The notes: a model not told the origin generated them from the sequence alone. DNA of 63,920 nt, filler included, from Reticulomyxa filosa (GCA_000512085.1; 20 parts of 20 records of this genome joined end to end with filler, not necessarily neighbours in it); one strand, 5' to 3'; shown: positions 13,330 through 27,520, counted from the first letter of the whole stretch. Numbers and translations are program-made.

Positions 13330-13704
13330 TGATTTGTACCCAATTGCAAAAATTTTTTTGCTGAATTGGACAGTTCCGAAGCCTTTTTCATGCAAGTGAC
13401 TTCGACGTTATGCTTGTATTGCCAATCGGATAAATATCGCACGTATGAAACTTTCAAGGCATGTCTCACGCCGGAGTCATGGAATGGACTGCAAAAAAAT
13501 AATCGCAGTGTCATTCATGGCACAGAACAGCAGACAAGCCAATTTCTTGAGAGAAACCCTATGCATATCAAGGTAAACCCTTTCGAGATTGGAGCGATGC
13601 TAGAAAGTGGAAACTAATATGTACGTCCATCATTGTTAGGCTGTTCGGGCGTGTGGCACACCTTCAAAGTATGGAGAAAGTGGACTGAATATTAAAAAAA
13701 AATA
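13330..13704 (+). CDS. 3' fragment of a hypothetical protein
   Basis: Open frame (FFAELDSSEAFFMQVTSTLCLYCQSDKYRTY...) with a plausible GTAAAC..TTAG intron at ~13573-13639. No family recognised. Confidence 0.3.
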
Positions 13705-14612
13705 AAAGATTTAACATGTGTTTGTGGTGGCATGGGTTTATATTCACTATATAAATATTTTTTTTCGTCACTATTTAATATTTTTCCTCATTGCTTTATC
13801 AATTGTTTTCTGAAACACTTTTGCTTTTTTTTAAACTACTTGAATAATTGTCATCACATTGAAGCCTTTGAAGAAATAAAAAAGTCAAGCATGTCATCGT
13901 ATATTAATTGGAAACAAAAACGCTTGCGTTCCAAGTTATTTTCTTTATTATCTTCTTGTTCCTTTCTGTTATATGTATTCTTCTTTTCATCTACTCATAT
14001 CCAAAGTCTTTTTTTTGCCAGGAATAGTATTAAAGCTCAGAAATTTTTTGCGATACGTATAATTGTATAAAGATGTCAGAGGAGAAATTGAATTATTAAA
14101 AAAAAATCAAAAGAAGCAACTCACGCACAAAAAAATTTTCAACCAAAAAAACTTGGAACAAGTATCAAATATTTGCAATCGAATGTACCACCAATTTTGC
14201 ATTGTTCCAACCGCTTTACCTTTGCTTGATGGCACCGCCCTCTTTCCAATTGCATGACAGGCAAGATTAGTTCTTTGAAGACCTATGTTATGTAGTGTGT
14301 TGATTATAAATGTTTCGACTATTTTCCAATCACATTATAAGAAAACATATAACTTCTAATATAGGTTGCGCATAAATCATCAGCCCACTTTCAATCAATC
14401 ATGAGCCACATTACACGATGGACCTTCAATTTCTTTTTCAAAATGTACGTAACTCAAAACGCAATACATGGTCCATGTTTGATGAANNNNNNNNNNNNNN
14501 NNNNNNNNNNNNNNNNNNNNNNNNNNNNNNTTAATTAATTAANNNNNNNNNNNNNNNNNNNNNNNNNNNNNNNNNNNNNNNNNNNNTAAAAGTAATAAAT
14601 ATATACATATAT

Positions 14613-14644
<32 letters not shown>

Positions 14645-14659
14645 GTATATATTTATTAG

Positions 14660-15545
14660 TATGTGTGTGTATGTTAGGAGAAATAACTTTTCCAAGTCTC
14701 GAATGGTCGCCTTAGCCTTGTTCAAAGTATCGTCTTTCTTTTGTTGCTCTGTGAAAAAGCTGTCGGTCAAGTCCTGAAGCGTTTTGGAGCGCAGCCGATT
14801 CAGATCATTGGTATTGCCGTTGACGCCTTTGCTCGATGCTGCCTTCCCTTTCTTCGTCCCCTTTGTCAGTTTGTTGTACGTGAGCTCCAGACGGTGATTG
14901 ATATTCTGCAGTTCGCTCCTTTCCCACACGCGGTCTTCGATCCCTTGGCAAAGGGCAACGCCAAGTCTGTTCGCCTTCCGTTGTGGCGTTGTCTTAGCCG
15001 CGGCAAATCTCTTTTGCAATCGTTTCTTTACTTTTGCAATGTCCGCCCAGTCTTCCTCCTCATCTTCGTTTTCTTCTTCTTCTTCTTCTTGTCCTTGTGG
15101 TGTGTCTTTTTCTCTTTGTGTTTGTTCTTCATCTTGTCCTTGTGGTGTGTCTTGTTCTATTTCCTCTAGTTCTTCTTCTAGCTCGTGTTCTACTTCATCG
15201 AGTTGCTCTTCTTCATCGCTTTCCAATTCTTCATTGCCATTTGCGCGGTTATTCTCTTCTTGGTTGCGCTCTTCTTCTCCTTCGGCCTCATTCCCCCCAT
15301 TTTTTGGAGAGGTCTGCTCCTCGTCTCCATTCATCCATTCCTCCACAACGTGGGCTTGTCCAGTTTCTTCTTCTACTTTTTTTTTTTTTACATCCATACA
15401 TTACAAAGGTACGCATTGGTTTTTTTTTTTTTTTTTTTTTGGGCTTTTTTTTTGTTTGGCTTGTTGTTTTATGCTCTTGTGCCCGTGTGTTACTGCAAAC
15501 TTTATCTTCTTCTAGTGTGTTCAACATTGGGAACATCATCAAAGT
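14660..15545 (-). CDS. Glu-rich low-complexity / coiled-coil hypothetical protein, 3' truncated
   Basis: ~250 open codons with an acidic tract and a duplicated DTPQGQ(D/E)EE unit, running into a (TA)n intron-like tail. 5' exon structure uncertain. Confidence 0.6.
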
Positions 15546-16273
15546 CCGAATTTTTTTTTTTTTTTTTTTTTTGGTGGAAGTTTGGAGTAAGAGCTCTTAA
15601 TAAAAAAAAAAAAATTGTCGGCCCTTTTCAAATTTAAACATAAAAATTAAAAATACCTTTTCGTTCCGTTTGCCTTTTCATACTTTCTGGTTCATACTTC
15701 TCAATGAATGCTCTGTCCCCCCCCCAACATATCATTCAACAACGGAAAAGTTACTTTTACTGTCCTTTTTTTTGACTGTTGAACAAAAGCAGGAAAACAA
15801 ACTTTATATATTCCATTTTCGGATTTCGACACGATTATTTTATTTTTTTTATATAGAATAAAACCGTTCTGTGAATTGACAAACAATAAGCTACTAGATA
15901 ATCGAACGAAGGTAATGAATTTTCAACTTAATATTTTTGTCCCTTCAGTCCGTACACCACTTTCCCGACTTTTCTTGTTTTCGGTTTTGAAAAAAAAAAA
16001 GAAGCGTGCTTTACAGTACTAATACAGCAAAACAACGATTTTTTATGTCAAATGTTTAACTTCAAAGTATAATTTGCACAGAACAATTTTATTATTAAGC
16101 AATATTTTGTACACTTGCCGAATTTGACAGTTGTTTTTAAAAATACTTAATCCTGCTGCATCAAGCTGAAAATAAAGAGGTATTGTATCTTTTTTGTTGT
16201 TTTAATTTTTTTAAATGGGTTGTTCGTAACGTTAGGAAAGGCTTTTTTGTTCGACCGGATAGGGGCAACCAAA

Positions 16274-17427
16274 ATGTGGGGCATTTCTGCAAAGAAACAA
16301 GATAAACTTGATGATAAATTGTTGGAATCCCCAGGTTTCAAAGCAGCTTATGACCAGCTGAATGAAAATCTGAAACAAGAACTGTTAAGTGATTGTTTCC
16401 GTTTTGTGCGTTGTCTTCGAACTAGCCCCCAAAAATTCATTCCACGCAAAACGATAAAAGCTCCCGAACAATCGATCCTCAATACTTATATGATCCAGCG
16501 TTACGCACTGCACGCCTTATTTGGTGCAAACATTTTTTTGGGCCAGTCTTAGCCCCTTCATTTCTCGTGACACTTGTTGTAGTAAGATGTAAGCAAATTT
16601 AGTTCAAAAATTAGTTTATTTCAATGATTTTTTCTTTTTTTTTTTTAAAAAAAAAAATCAAAAATTGTCAATTTAAAATAATAAAAAAAAAGCTTTACGA
16701 GATCCAATATTGAAGTTTGCAGCGTGTTTCGGAGGAGTCGCAATGGGAATGCATCTGTATAAACGAAGATTTTCCTCAATCAACATAGAAGTAGAAAGAA
16801 CGGTAAAAGTGCTCGAAATGCGAACGCCCTTGGCTGAAGTTTTGAGAAACATGTTAAGTGAACTTTGATAGGAGGAGAAGGAGTACTTTTTTTTTAAAAA
16901 AAAGAGGGATCATTATTTTCATCGACCTTTTTTTTTTTATAATACATATGTAAATTGAGGCAAGAAATTTCCAGAAAAAACTTGCCCCTTACACACACAC
17001 ACAATTGTAGTGTGAAAGAGTATGAACCAAACCATTGGACTTTGACCAAGTATGAAGAACTACGTAAGAAAAGGGACGAACAAGACAGAATCGAAATGCA
17101 AAAAAGGAAAAATAGTCTGCGAAATCAGTTTCGGAAATGGATGAATCCGAACCTCAGCGAAGAAGAGATGCTTAGTACGGAAGAAGGATATGGCAGACAA
17201 TGGTTAAAGGCGCGCTGGGACTCGGAATATATTCCACCCAATCCAGACATTCGTCTCACTCCTGAAATGAAACAGAGGATGCGCAAACTGAATCAACAAC
17301 AAAGTCATTCCAATAAGATATCCGACTTGAATAGCAATGGACATGAAACGGGTACGTTTATACCAGAATATCCACTCCCCAAAGAAGACGATCACAAAAA
17401 GTTAATTTTTGTTGTTGCTGCTGGGTC

Positions 17428-17458
<31 letters not shown>

Positions 17459-17913
17459 TTGTATATGCATATATAATACATATATACATATATATATGTA
17501 TATGGTCATACCAGAGTGACAACTCAATTGCCACCGTTTGTGTTTCTCTTATTGCAAGGAACGAAACAAATGTGCCAAGTGGCTTAGAATATGCTTGGCG
17601 TCCTGGCGGCCGAACTATCCCGCCTGAGTGGTATCCTGAACGATTGACCACTACAATGGACAACAATAATCAAAGTGATAAGATGTGGATGAACGCGTTT
17701 GGGGTCGATGACGAAGAAACACAAAACACGGTTCTATCACCACCACCTGCCGAAATCGACATTGAACAGTGCTGGAGAGTTGAAGACGAGTATCGCAGGT
17801 GCACCAAAAAATATACTGCTTGGAAGGAGAGACAGGACAAATGCCAGGATCTAAGAAGAAATATCATCAAATGCAGGACACACCACAGAGTGCAAAAAAT
17901 GAAAGGCTTATAA
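16274..17913 (+). CDS. Four-exon protein with N-terminal hydrophobic segments and a C-terminal twin CX9C (CHCH-like) motif
   Basis: Exons ~16274-16588, 16693-~16852, ~17011-17424, ~17515-17913. Needs one extra T in the T7 run at 16533-16539. C-WRVEDEYRR-C and C-QDLRRNIIK-C at 17770-17874. Confidence 0.65.
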
Positions 17914-18959
17914 TTTGTTGTTAAAATAAATTAATTAAAACAAATACGCATATTCAAAAAATTGTTATTAATCTCATTTTTCAGCGTCGTCTGAGTCCTT
18001 CACTTGTGTTTGCAACCAAATCTCAATCGATCTGTAATTTTCCTGCACATGGAGTAAATGAAAATATTATCTAATTTTGTTTTGCGGATCAATAACAGTG
18101 ATCACAATAATTTTTATACTTCCAATTGGACGCAACATCAACCAATTCAAATGCTTTTTTGAAAGACAGAGACCATTTTCAGTTTATTGAATCGAGAAAA
18201 GAGACAATCTTTTTGTTATTAAAGAAAAAGACTTTGTCCACTTTACACAAAAAAAAGATTGAATTATTCAAAGCTTTAAGATAAAATAGAATCATGTGAC
18301 GCAAGTTAAAAACAAATTTGCAGTAAATGCCACCCTTTTTCTCAATTCTAATTTTGTTTCAAAAAAAAAAGCAGACATGAAAAAATCAATGAACAACTGA
18401 AACATATATGCTTGCGTGTTGTGTGCTTTTGTGTGTCTATGTATATATTTAGTACATATGTCGAAGAGACATGATTAAATAAAAAAAATGGGAATGGGAA
18501 TGCTTTTTGAATTGGAATTTCTGAAAATGTTTTTTTAACTTTAGTTATTAATTTTTTAATATGCATTATTTTTGTATAATAAAATATTTAGAACATAGTG
18601 GTAAAAATGATAATTTGTAAATTTTTAAATTTATTATTTGTGTAATATAGTAAAATAAAAACAAATTTAATAAAACTACATTAATTTAAAAACGAATGTA
18701 AAAATAAATGACATTATGCCATTTTTTCTGCAAATTGCTGTAATATCAAATGTATCATCATTGAATTAAAATTGAAAAGACAAAGACAATTCTAAAAAAA
18801 TTTCAACAAACTGAATACTAACAAAAATACATATTTATTTGTCAATCTCTCGGGAGATGTGAATGATACAAAAAAGTATTAAATATTATAGAATATTTTG
18901 CAAAATATAGCATGAATTTAAAAAATAAAAATTAACAAAAGTAATTATTAATTTGTCAA

Positions 18960-19600
18960 AACAAATAACACATAATTTCTTATTTGATCAAACATCACAA
19001 AAATTAATTGTATTATCCATTGATCCGAACATATTATATTTGGAAATGGTGAATATTCAACATAATTTACATCACTTTTATGTCCATTGAACACTTTTGA
19101 TTGACAAGATCGAATATCCCACAAACACTTTTATTGTATTTACTAATTTATTTGATTAATATTTTATACTTTTAATCCAGTTTTGATGTTTTTTGAATAC
19201 AATAAATTGTTTTACTGTTTCAATATTCCATATACGAATTGTTTTATCAAAATCCAGAACAAATTGTATATTCATTACAACCAATTACACAAATGCCATT
19301 ACTTTTATTCTTGTTATTGCTTTGCAATGGTGAAAAATTCGCACACAAAACACCTTTTTCATGTCCATTGAAAACACAAAATAATTTGGATGTTTTAACA
19401 TTACATAAACGATTGCTTTGTCAGCAGATCCAGAATACAAATATTTACAACAACTAAATAATGAGAATTTAATACCATAAATACTATTCGAATGTCCATT
19501 GAATATTTGTAATTTTTCTTGTTTTCGATGTCCCAAAAACGAATTGTCTTGTCAGCTGATGAAGAACAAATGCTTTCATTACCTTTTGATTCAATTTTTC
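18960..19600 (-). pseudogene. WD40-repeat pseudogene
   Basis: ICSSSADKTIRFW, QIFNGHSNSIYGIKFS..YLYSGSADK, ICSGF*, LWDIRS..FNGH..VEYSPF..ICSDQW, with many stops and frameshifts. Confidence 0.85.
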
Positions 19601-22104
19601 ATATCATGCAGTACTTTTTACTATTTATTATTGTTTTCTTGATTTGATATTTTGTACTTTAAAAAAAAAACACGACATGAAAAATATTTAATTTGCTTTG
19701 GCATTGCACTAATTATTGTTTTTAAAATAAAATATATTTATCTTTTGTTTTTTTTAATTACATAATATAATCATATTTTGTATTTTTTCAATTAGATAAT
19801 ATTATTTTATTTAAATCTTCAAAAAAAAAACAATAAATAATACTTTATATTGTTGAACTTTTTGTTGTAATGTATCAAATAATTTTATCATTAACGTAAA
19901 ATGAAATTGAATATTTGAAGTCAAAATCTTGTATATTATATCTTNNNNNNNNNNNNNNNNNNNNNNNNNNNNNNNNNNNNNNNNNNNNTTAATTAATTAA
20001 NNNNNNNNNNNNNNNNNNNNNNNNNNNNNNNNNNNNNNNNNNNNTCAATAAAAAACTCTTTTATTTAATAAATATAAACTTTGTATGATAAATAATTAGT
20101 TTATTTTGTAGAGCATTAACATCTATTATTTATATATGCACGCCAATGTAATTTTTTTTATATAGGAAATAGTTCTTTTTTTTGTCATTGCAAACAATTA
20201 ACAAACCTCTAAACTATACAAAGAGAATATGAATATAGTTAATGAAAGAAAATGAAGGATTGAAATAATTTCAATTTTTTCTTCTTTACTAGCAAAGAAG
20301 GTTTTGTTTCTCCTTAAAAAAAACTTTTCTTGGAGTCAACAAAAATTTTTTTGTTTTAATTTCTAGTACTCAAAATTATAGGAAATTGGTAATTTGAATT
20401 CATAAGAACGTATAATTATATATGAATTATTTTTTGAAGCTCATTCCAAACATCCCTATCAATAGTCTTCGAGTCATTTCCAGAATGAATAATTGAATTT
20501 AGAGTCATTCTTTGCTCAATGTTTTTTCATTAATTTTTAATTTTTTTATGGCAAAGATTTTCTTCAAAATTACTTTTTTTGCAAATATGCAATTATCCAT
20601 AAACACGTTCAAGAAAAAAAGTAATGATTGTATCGCAATTTGGTGAACAATAAAAGAAAATAAGATAGATAATTTTCTATTGTTTATTCAATCTATACTT
20701 TTTATAGTCACAGCATCTCAGGAACATTTTTCCTTTAAAATGTAATTCAGTAAAGAAAATATCTTACTGTGTTTCTTACTTTTCTTTGTCAGTCAAAACT
20801 GTGAAAGAAACTAATTTTTGATTTATTTGTATTTACAACAAGTATTCAAGGACATTGTAAAGTTTTATTTATAGATTTAATACATAGAAATTTTTTGAAA
20901 TCTTTTCAAAGAACGCATCCACCAACTATGTTTTTTTTTTCCTAAAAGAAAATTCTACATGACTATTTTTGGGTGTAACATGTTATATATTAACTTTATT
21001 CAGATAAAATGAAAGATATGACATAATTTCATTTTTACAAATAAATAGATTATCAAATCTCTTAAATGAATTGTGCAAAGATCAATTTGCATAATTTTAA
21101 TAGATTTGAACATTTTCAATTTTTCAAAAAAACTGTGTTTGGTTCAAAAGAAGATTTTCATTTTTTTTACATGATCATCAAAGACTTTTTAATTTTTTTA
21201 TTCTCTAAACCTCCATAGATCCATCTAACATTGTCCTTCACATAATTGCATTCATTATTTTTATCATTTTTGCAGGAGAAAATTTTGACTGTGTATTAAA
21301 GCAATCTTATTCTTCTTTCATGAGTTTACACTTTGGTGAAGCTATCATTAAAAAGTGTTACACTGATTACCACAAGTTTTTTGTTTGTTTGGAGTTTTAT
21401 TTTCTATTTTTTTAAGTCCTTTGTTTCAATGAATTTTTGTTATTCAAAAGTACCATTCATGAAGAAAAAAGATCAAAATAATCAAACAGTAAAATTCCTA
21501 CAATTAATTTTTCTGGCATAATCTACCATTTTTGATGTTATCATTTGCACAAGAAACAATCTTGAATTGCGTTTCTGTTTCCTTTTTCAGTTTTTAAATG
21601 ACGGAGCAAGAAAAGTACTCAAAGGTTGTACTAGTAGCAAGTTCATTTACTTTTAAACATTTTTTACAAGTGAACTTTGAATTGAAGATTCCTGAAGTCT
21701 TCCTCTTTTTGTAGGAAACGACCAAGTAAGAAAACAAAACTGTTTGAATAAGAACAAATATGCTACATTACAAATAAAGTCTCATGTTTGACAATAAATG
21801 TTTTATCTACTTTCTCACATGATTTCAGTAATTAGAAAATACTATCTTTTTAATTTTAATAGTAAAAACAACTTTTGAAATTAATTTTTTTCAAATGGTA
21901 TGATTTTTGTATAAAAAAAAAATTAGAGTTGGCCACAGCGAAACTTCACCAGTTCAAAAAAACTCAAAAAAAACAACTCCAGAATCAATTTCTCTACATT
22001 ATCTAATTAAGAAACCAAGAAACCAAGTGAGAGGGAAGAAGAGAAAAGCAAAGACAATGCGAAAATGGATTTGAAGTCAATTATTGAGCAACAGGCTTGC
22101 TTTG

Positions 22105-22435
22105 ACAAAAATTGGATTTGTTGCAATATTGAGTGAAGAACACGATTATATACACATCATTGGAGGAAAAGATGACAAAGAGACAACAGTATCAGCTCAC
22201 ATGAAGACTAAAGTGTGTGTATGGGACCCTTCACAGTTGGTAATGATTTGTTTATTTACTTTGATGAAACATAAATAAATTTGATTGAATGAAACTAATT
22301 GTTAAATAATAAATAAATCAATAATGAATAGTCAAAACATAAAATAAAATGTATTATTCAATACTGGATTCGAATTTTAAAGCTAGAATTTGGATGGATC
22401 GATGATTTGATAAAATTATTGTAAAATATAGATAT
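22105..22435 (+). pseudogene. Isolated 3' end of a Kelch-family gene ending in the WIR..GWI motif
   Basis: AILSEEHDYIHIIGGKDDKETTVSAHMKTKVCVWDPSQL, intron ~22240-22331, then SKHKIKCIIQYWIRILKLEFGWIDD with a frameshift. No upstream Kelch exons found. Confidence 0.7.
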
Positions 22436-23130
22436 GAAAAATTTTAGATATTTGCTTTTTTGATGAAGAAGCAAACCCCTAAATTTTAGAAAACATTTTG
22501 CAATGATTTGAGGCTTGTGAAAGTCAAATAAATATGCTTGTTAAACCAATTTCTTTGCAATCAATTCATATAACCAGCAAGGGACTAAACAAAAAAGTAG
22601 GTTACGCCCATGGTGTTTCATCGGCCAATTTTTTTTTTTAAGCTTAATTTGTTATATTGAAATTGGAATGTGTTCAATAATGAGCATGTATCGCTTTGAA
22701 AGTTATTGCTGTTGCATCTTGTGATCATTTTGATCACATGCTCACGCGCAGAAGAAAAAGACAAATTGTTTTTCTGAAGCTCAATGTATGCTACACAAAT
22801 ACGAACTCAATAAACTTGACATTTAAAATGCAGCCTTATAGAGACAGCTTATCAAAATGTCTTGTGTTTAAATATGGTTTTGATTTGACTTTTTATTCAA
22901 TTTCCATAATTTTTTGAACATTTGAATTTTTTATTGATTTTTGTAAATATGGAAAACTTAACATCAAAGCAAAAAAAAAATGAGGCAAAGTAAATTTTAA
23001 TTTGAGGATAATACAAATAGTAAAACAAAGCAATTTTTATTAATAAACGCAAAACAAGTTATCATCAACGCTTTTCATTTAACAAGCATAACAAGTTCAA
23101 AAGAAATACTTCACGAATATATGATCATCC

Positions 23131-24502
23131 TCAAAGTCGAATATGGCCATCGTTTAAACCATAACATAAATTGACATTACAATTACTATTTGTTTTTTCA
23201 CTATTCGTTCCCTTGTTTTCCAATCGCAAAAATTTAAGACAATACACTGGATTTTCTTCTTCGATCGTATATAATTCCTTCTTATTTGAGCGAATATCCC
23301 AGAAACGAATCGTATGATCAGATGATCCAGAACATATTACATTTGAACTACCACCAATTTCAATATTGTTTACCACAAATGGTGGATACTCAACACAAGT
23401 CACACGACTTGTATGTCCATTGAATGCTTGAATTTGTTGACCAGACCGAATATCCCACAAGCGAGCACTTTTATCAGATGATCCAGACAATATTATATTT
23501 GCACCTCCACTAATTCCTGATTCATTTGATGCATATTTTACACTACATAAATTGTCGTTGTGTCCATTGAATATAATAAATTGTTTAGTTGTTTCAATAT
23601 CCCAAATGCGAATGGTTTTATCCCATGATCCAGAACAAATAGTATATCCACTACCACCAATCATACTAATACCATTACTCTTATAATAGTAATTATTATT
23701 ACTTTGTAATGGCGAAAAATCCACACACCAAACAACCCAGCTATGTCCACGAAAAGTATGCAATGATTTAGATGCTTCAATATCCCATAAATTAACTGTA
23801 CTGTCGTATGCTCCACAACATAAATATCGACCACCATTAAACGAAGACAATTCAATACCACACATTTCTTTTCTGTCACAGGTCAACAATTGCAATTGTT
23901 GATTTTTTTGGAAATCCCAAAAACGAATAGTTCTGTCATATGATGACGAACAAACGACAATACGACGATGCTTATGATAATGATATGGTGAAAATTTCGC
24001 ACAAATTACAAATCCTGAATGTTCATTGAATATTTGAATTTGTTTACCTGTTTCTACATCCCATACACGAACAGTTTTATCATGTGATCCCGAACAAAGT
24101 AAGGGATTACCATCAAATATTGAGTAATCAATACTATTCACACGCCATGTGTGTCCAATGAATGTCTTAAATGATTTAGGTGATGAATGAACGTATTAAA
24201 CATGAATATAGTAATTATCTATGTCAAATAAAACACATAAACATTTAAGAATTTTGATTTATATTGAATAAAGAGTCACAAAAAAAAAACTAACATATTC
24301 AACAACAATCTCGTTTAAATCATGGACCCACACGAACTTAATATGCAATCTCCGGATCCAATGTCGAATAATCACTTTAACCTCTTCTTCTTTTGACTGT
24401 TTCAACCAAACACTGTACAAAGACAGTCTGAAAGGAATTGAAGTAAAAGCTTACCAAGGGTAATCGTGCTGAAGCATCCTTTTCAGTAAGTGGAGTAGTC
24501 AT
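23131..24502 (-). CDS. WD40-repeat protein (three exons); possibly a young pseudogene
   Basis: Repeated GH..CSGS.D.T(V/I)R.WD units. Exon 1 MTTPLTEKDASARLPL, exon 2 carries the WIR motif. Apparent 1-nt frameshift at ~24190, and TGA where a Trp is plausible near the end (IRL*G). Confidence 0.85.
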
Positions 24503-24721
24503 TCTTTTAACTACTTTTATTTTTCGCTGATATCGTTATTATGAAAAAAAAACTTTTGAACTTTTTGATATCAAAAGTGCCTTGACAAAGTAAAAAACAG
24601 GTAAAATTTGGAGAGAGTAAAAACTCTCAAACTATTTTTGAGTACCCTTTAAATATTGGCATTGATATTGATATTGCTATAAAAAATTGAAAATTTGTTT
24701 CAAGTAAAACAAGTTGAAGAA

Positions 24722-25335
24722 ATGGCTACACCTCTTACTAAAATACTTACCTCAATGCAACTGCCACTGGTAAGCTTCTTTTAGGCCCTTTTAGAATTCT
24801 GCTTGTCTTTTGATTATAATTCATGTGATTATAATTGAGTCAGTTAGAAGAAAATATCAAAGTGATACTTCAACATCGGATTCGAATATTAAAGGTTAAA
24901 TTGGGATGGATTAATGATTTTGACAAACTTGTTGTCAAATATGTTATGTTTATTGCTTTTTTCAAAGCAAAACAAAAACTTTAAATGTTTATATATAATT
25001 ACCATTTAACAGACTTTTGCTTGTCATCTAAATTACTTAAAACATTCGCTAAACAAACTTCTTATGTATACAATATTGATTACTCAGCATTTGATGATGG
25101 ACAATTCATTTGCTCAGAATTAAGTGATAATACATTTTGTGTATAGAATGTAGATGCCAATAACAAATTCAATTCGATGAACATTTGGATTCTGTGCATT
25201 ATGTAAATTTTCATATATCATTATCATAATGATCGTCGTATTGTTCTTTGTTCTTCATGGCGAAGTAATTCATTTTTGGGATATCAAAAAAAATCGACAC
25301 TGAAAGTGTTTGTGGTATTGAATTTTCATCATCTT
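24722..25335 (+). pseudogene. WD40-repeat pseudogene, head-to-head with the previous copy
   Basis: Same exon plan (MATPLTKILTSMQLPL | LEENIKVILQHRIRILKVKLGWINDFDKLVVKY | SSKLLKTF..YNIDYSAFDDGQFICS), then stops and truncation. Confidence 0.85.
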
Positions 25336-25879
25336 GAATTTGAAATATTGAGAGAATTTTTTTTTTATTGAACAACGACATCATTGTCAAACTGCAACCT
25401 TTGTCATTCCTAAGTATGTTCACACTCAGCCATACTGTGATTACGCTGCTGATGACGAAATGCCTACATATTGGAAAAGGACGATATATTTTTCCATTTT
25501 TTTCAACTTGATGTTTATTAATATATATATGCATGAAACTGTTCTGAGTGTTTTGAAACAAATGAAAGATGCAATAAGAAGAGCTATGCAAATGTTAAAT
25601 ATTGACATTAATAATAAAAGAATTAATTTTAGAAAGAAAAGAGACACTTTAAGGAAGCAATGATTTTTTTTAAGAGCAGAATTTTTTAAAAAAACTCTCA
25701 AAAAGGGAACTAACTTTTCATATAGATCCAACTGACATTAAAACAGAAAAAGAAGCTTCGAGCCTGATTATTAAACCTTATTGAAATTTTGGCGTCATGT
25801 CCTCAATTTGTTAAAACTCAATGCGTGACACATAATTATGAGGTTGTTATTTAAGAGAAATCGTTATTCTTATCATACA

Positions 25880-27520
25880 ATAAAAAAAAACAAAAAATAA
25901 AAACAGAAAACTCAAAAAAAATTGCTTAAACAAAAAAGCAAAGTAATGTATTGTTACTATTCTCTCTGTTAAGACAAAGACACAAAAAAAAATTGGTAAT
26001 AATAAAACTATTTTCTTCATTTTATTAATTATTTTTCAAAAAAAAGATTTTTCTTCACATTTCAAGTTGGTCTTCTTTGTTTAGTGTCGAATGAAGATAA
26101 CACAGTGTGCATTTGATTGGAGGAAGATTTGACTTTAATGAAAATGTACTAAGACAAATCAAACTGAACATGAATAAATGTATTTGTGAAAAAGAAAAAA
26201 AGGAGAAAGCCAGTGTTGAGCACTGTTGCAATCATGAATGTTGTAAAAATTTTGAAAAATGGTTGTTGCATAAATTCAAAGAAAATACACAAACTGAAAG
26301 CAATGAAGGAAAAGTAAATGAATTGCGTGATTATTTTAATTGATGTTTGATTGAAAAAAAAACAAAATATAAAATAACAGACTGAATATGTGGACACAAA
26401 ATTTAAAAAATTGACAAATAAAGTTTTTTCGACAACGTCAGAAAAGTTTGCAATAAAACAGTTCAAATAAAAGAAAATATGCAAAATAAAATATTTTAAA
26501 AAAGTTTGCAATGCTTTGCTTTAGTATTAAAAAGAAAATACTTTTGTTTAATAAGGAAATATTTAAAAATAATCTATCAAATAAAATAAAAATCAAATAT
26601 AAAATTGAAACAACATAAAAGAAAAAGTAAAATTTGCATGCGTTAATGAAATATCAAATAAAAAAATGTTCTTGCAAAAGCAAATAAAGGGCATTAAAAC
26701 AAATTTAAAAAAAAAGCAAATGAAGGAAAAAGGGAAAGAGAAAAAGTTAAATCAGGCGGCGCCTTCAGGCGCCACCCGAACTAACTCTTTCTATTTGCTT
26801 TTGTCTTCCTTTATTTTTTTAGCTTTACACATTCTATTACATTTTATAATATAGTCCGCAAAAATTTTCTAAATTGAGGTAAAATTTCATTATTGAATTT
26901 GTCAATTTATTTTTGATTTAAGGTCTTTTTTAAACATAAATTTTTTTTTCAAACATTTTAATTTTTTAAAAAATTAAGTTAAATTATATCTTTTCATTTA
27001 ACAATCTTCAACAAAAACAAAAAATTAAAAAACAGAAAACTTAAAGCTAAAAAAATTACTTAAACAAAAAAAGCAAAGTAATCGATACATTTCGCTACCT
27101 AATTTATTGTTACTGTCTCCTTTCCATTAAGACAAGACAAAAAAAAGGAGGAATATAAAAACTATTTCTTTTTATTTGATTAATTATTTTGTTCAATTTG
27201 TATTATCTCACGTGTAAAAAAAAGTTATCTTTACATTAAAAAAAAATAGAAATTCTTTTGCCACCAAACAAGAACAAATTTAATATACAATTACTTTCAA
27301 GAGAAAATTATATTTCTTTTGTTACAAAAAAACGTTGTTTTCAAATATGCAAATTTTTTCATCTTCTATTAAAATGCAATTAAAACTAGGCGCTTACATT
27401 ATATACAAAGAAATGACGCAAATGAATTAAAAATCGAAAAAAAAAGAATAAATAAGACGGCGCCTCAGCGCATCACAATTTAATATATTCTTTTTGGTTT
27501 TGTCTTCATTTCTTTTTTTT
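25880..27520 (+). repeat. Two diverged tandem copies of an A-rich element, each carrying a GC-rich hairpin near its 3' end
   Basis: 25880-26070 resembles 27010-27235 (aaacagaaaact...ttaaacaaaaaagcaaagtaat...ttaagacaa). 26750-26815 resembles 27450-27512 (ggcgcct...ttttgtcttc). Confidence 0.65.

Noticed and set aside
12541-23133. Stop-codon reassignment or readthrough (in-frame TAG at 12541; TGA at 23131)
   Set aside because: Both loci have other lesions. Intact genes in the window end in TAA or TGA and use TGG for Trp.
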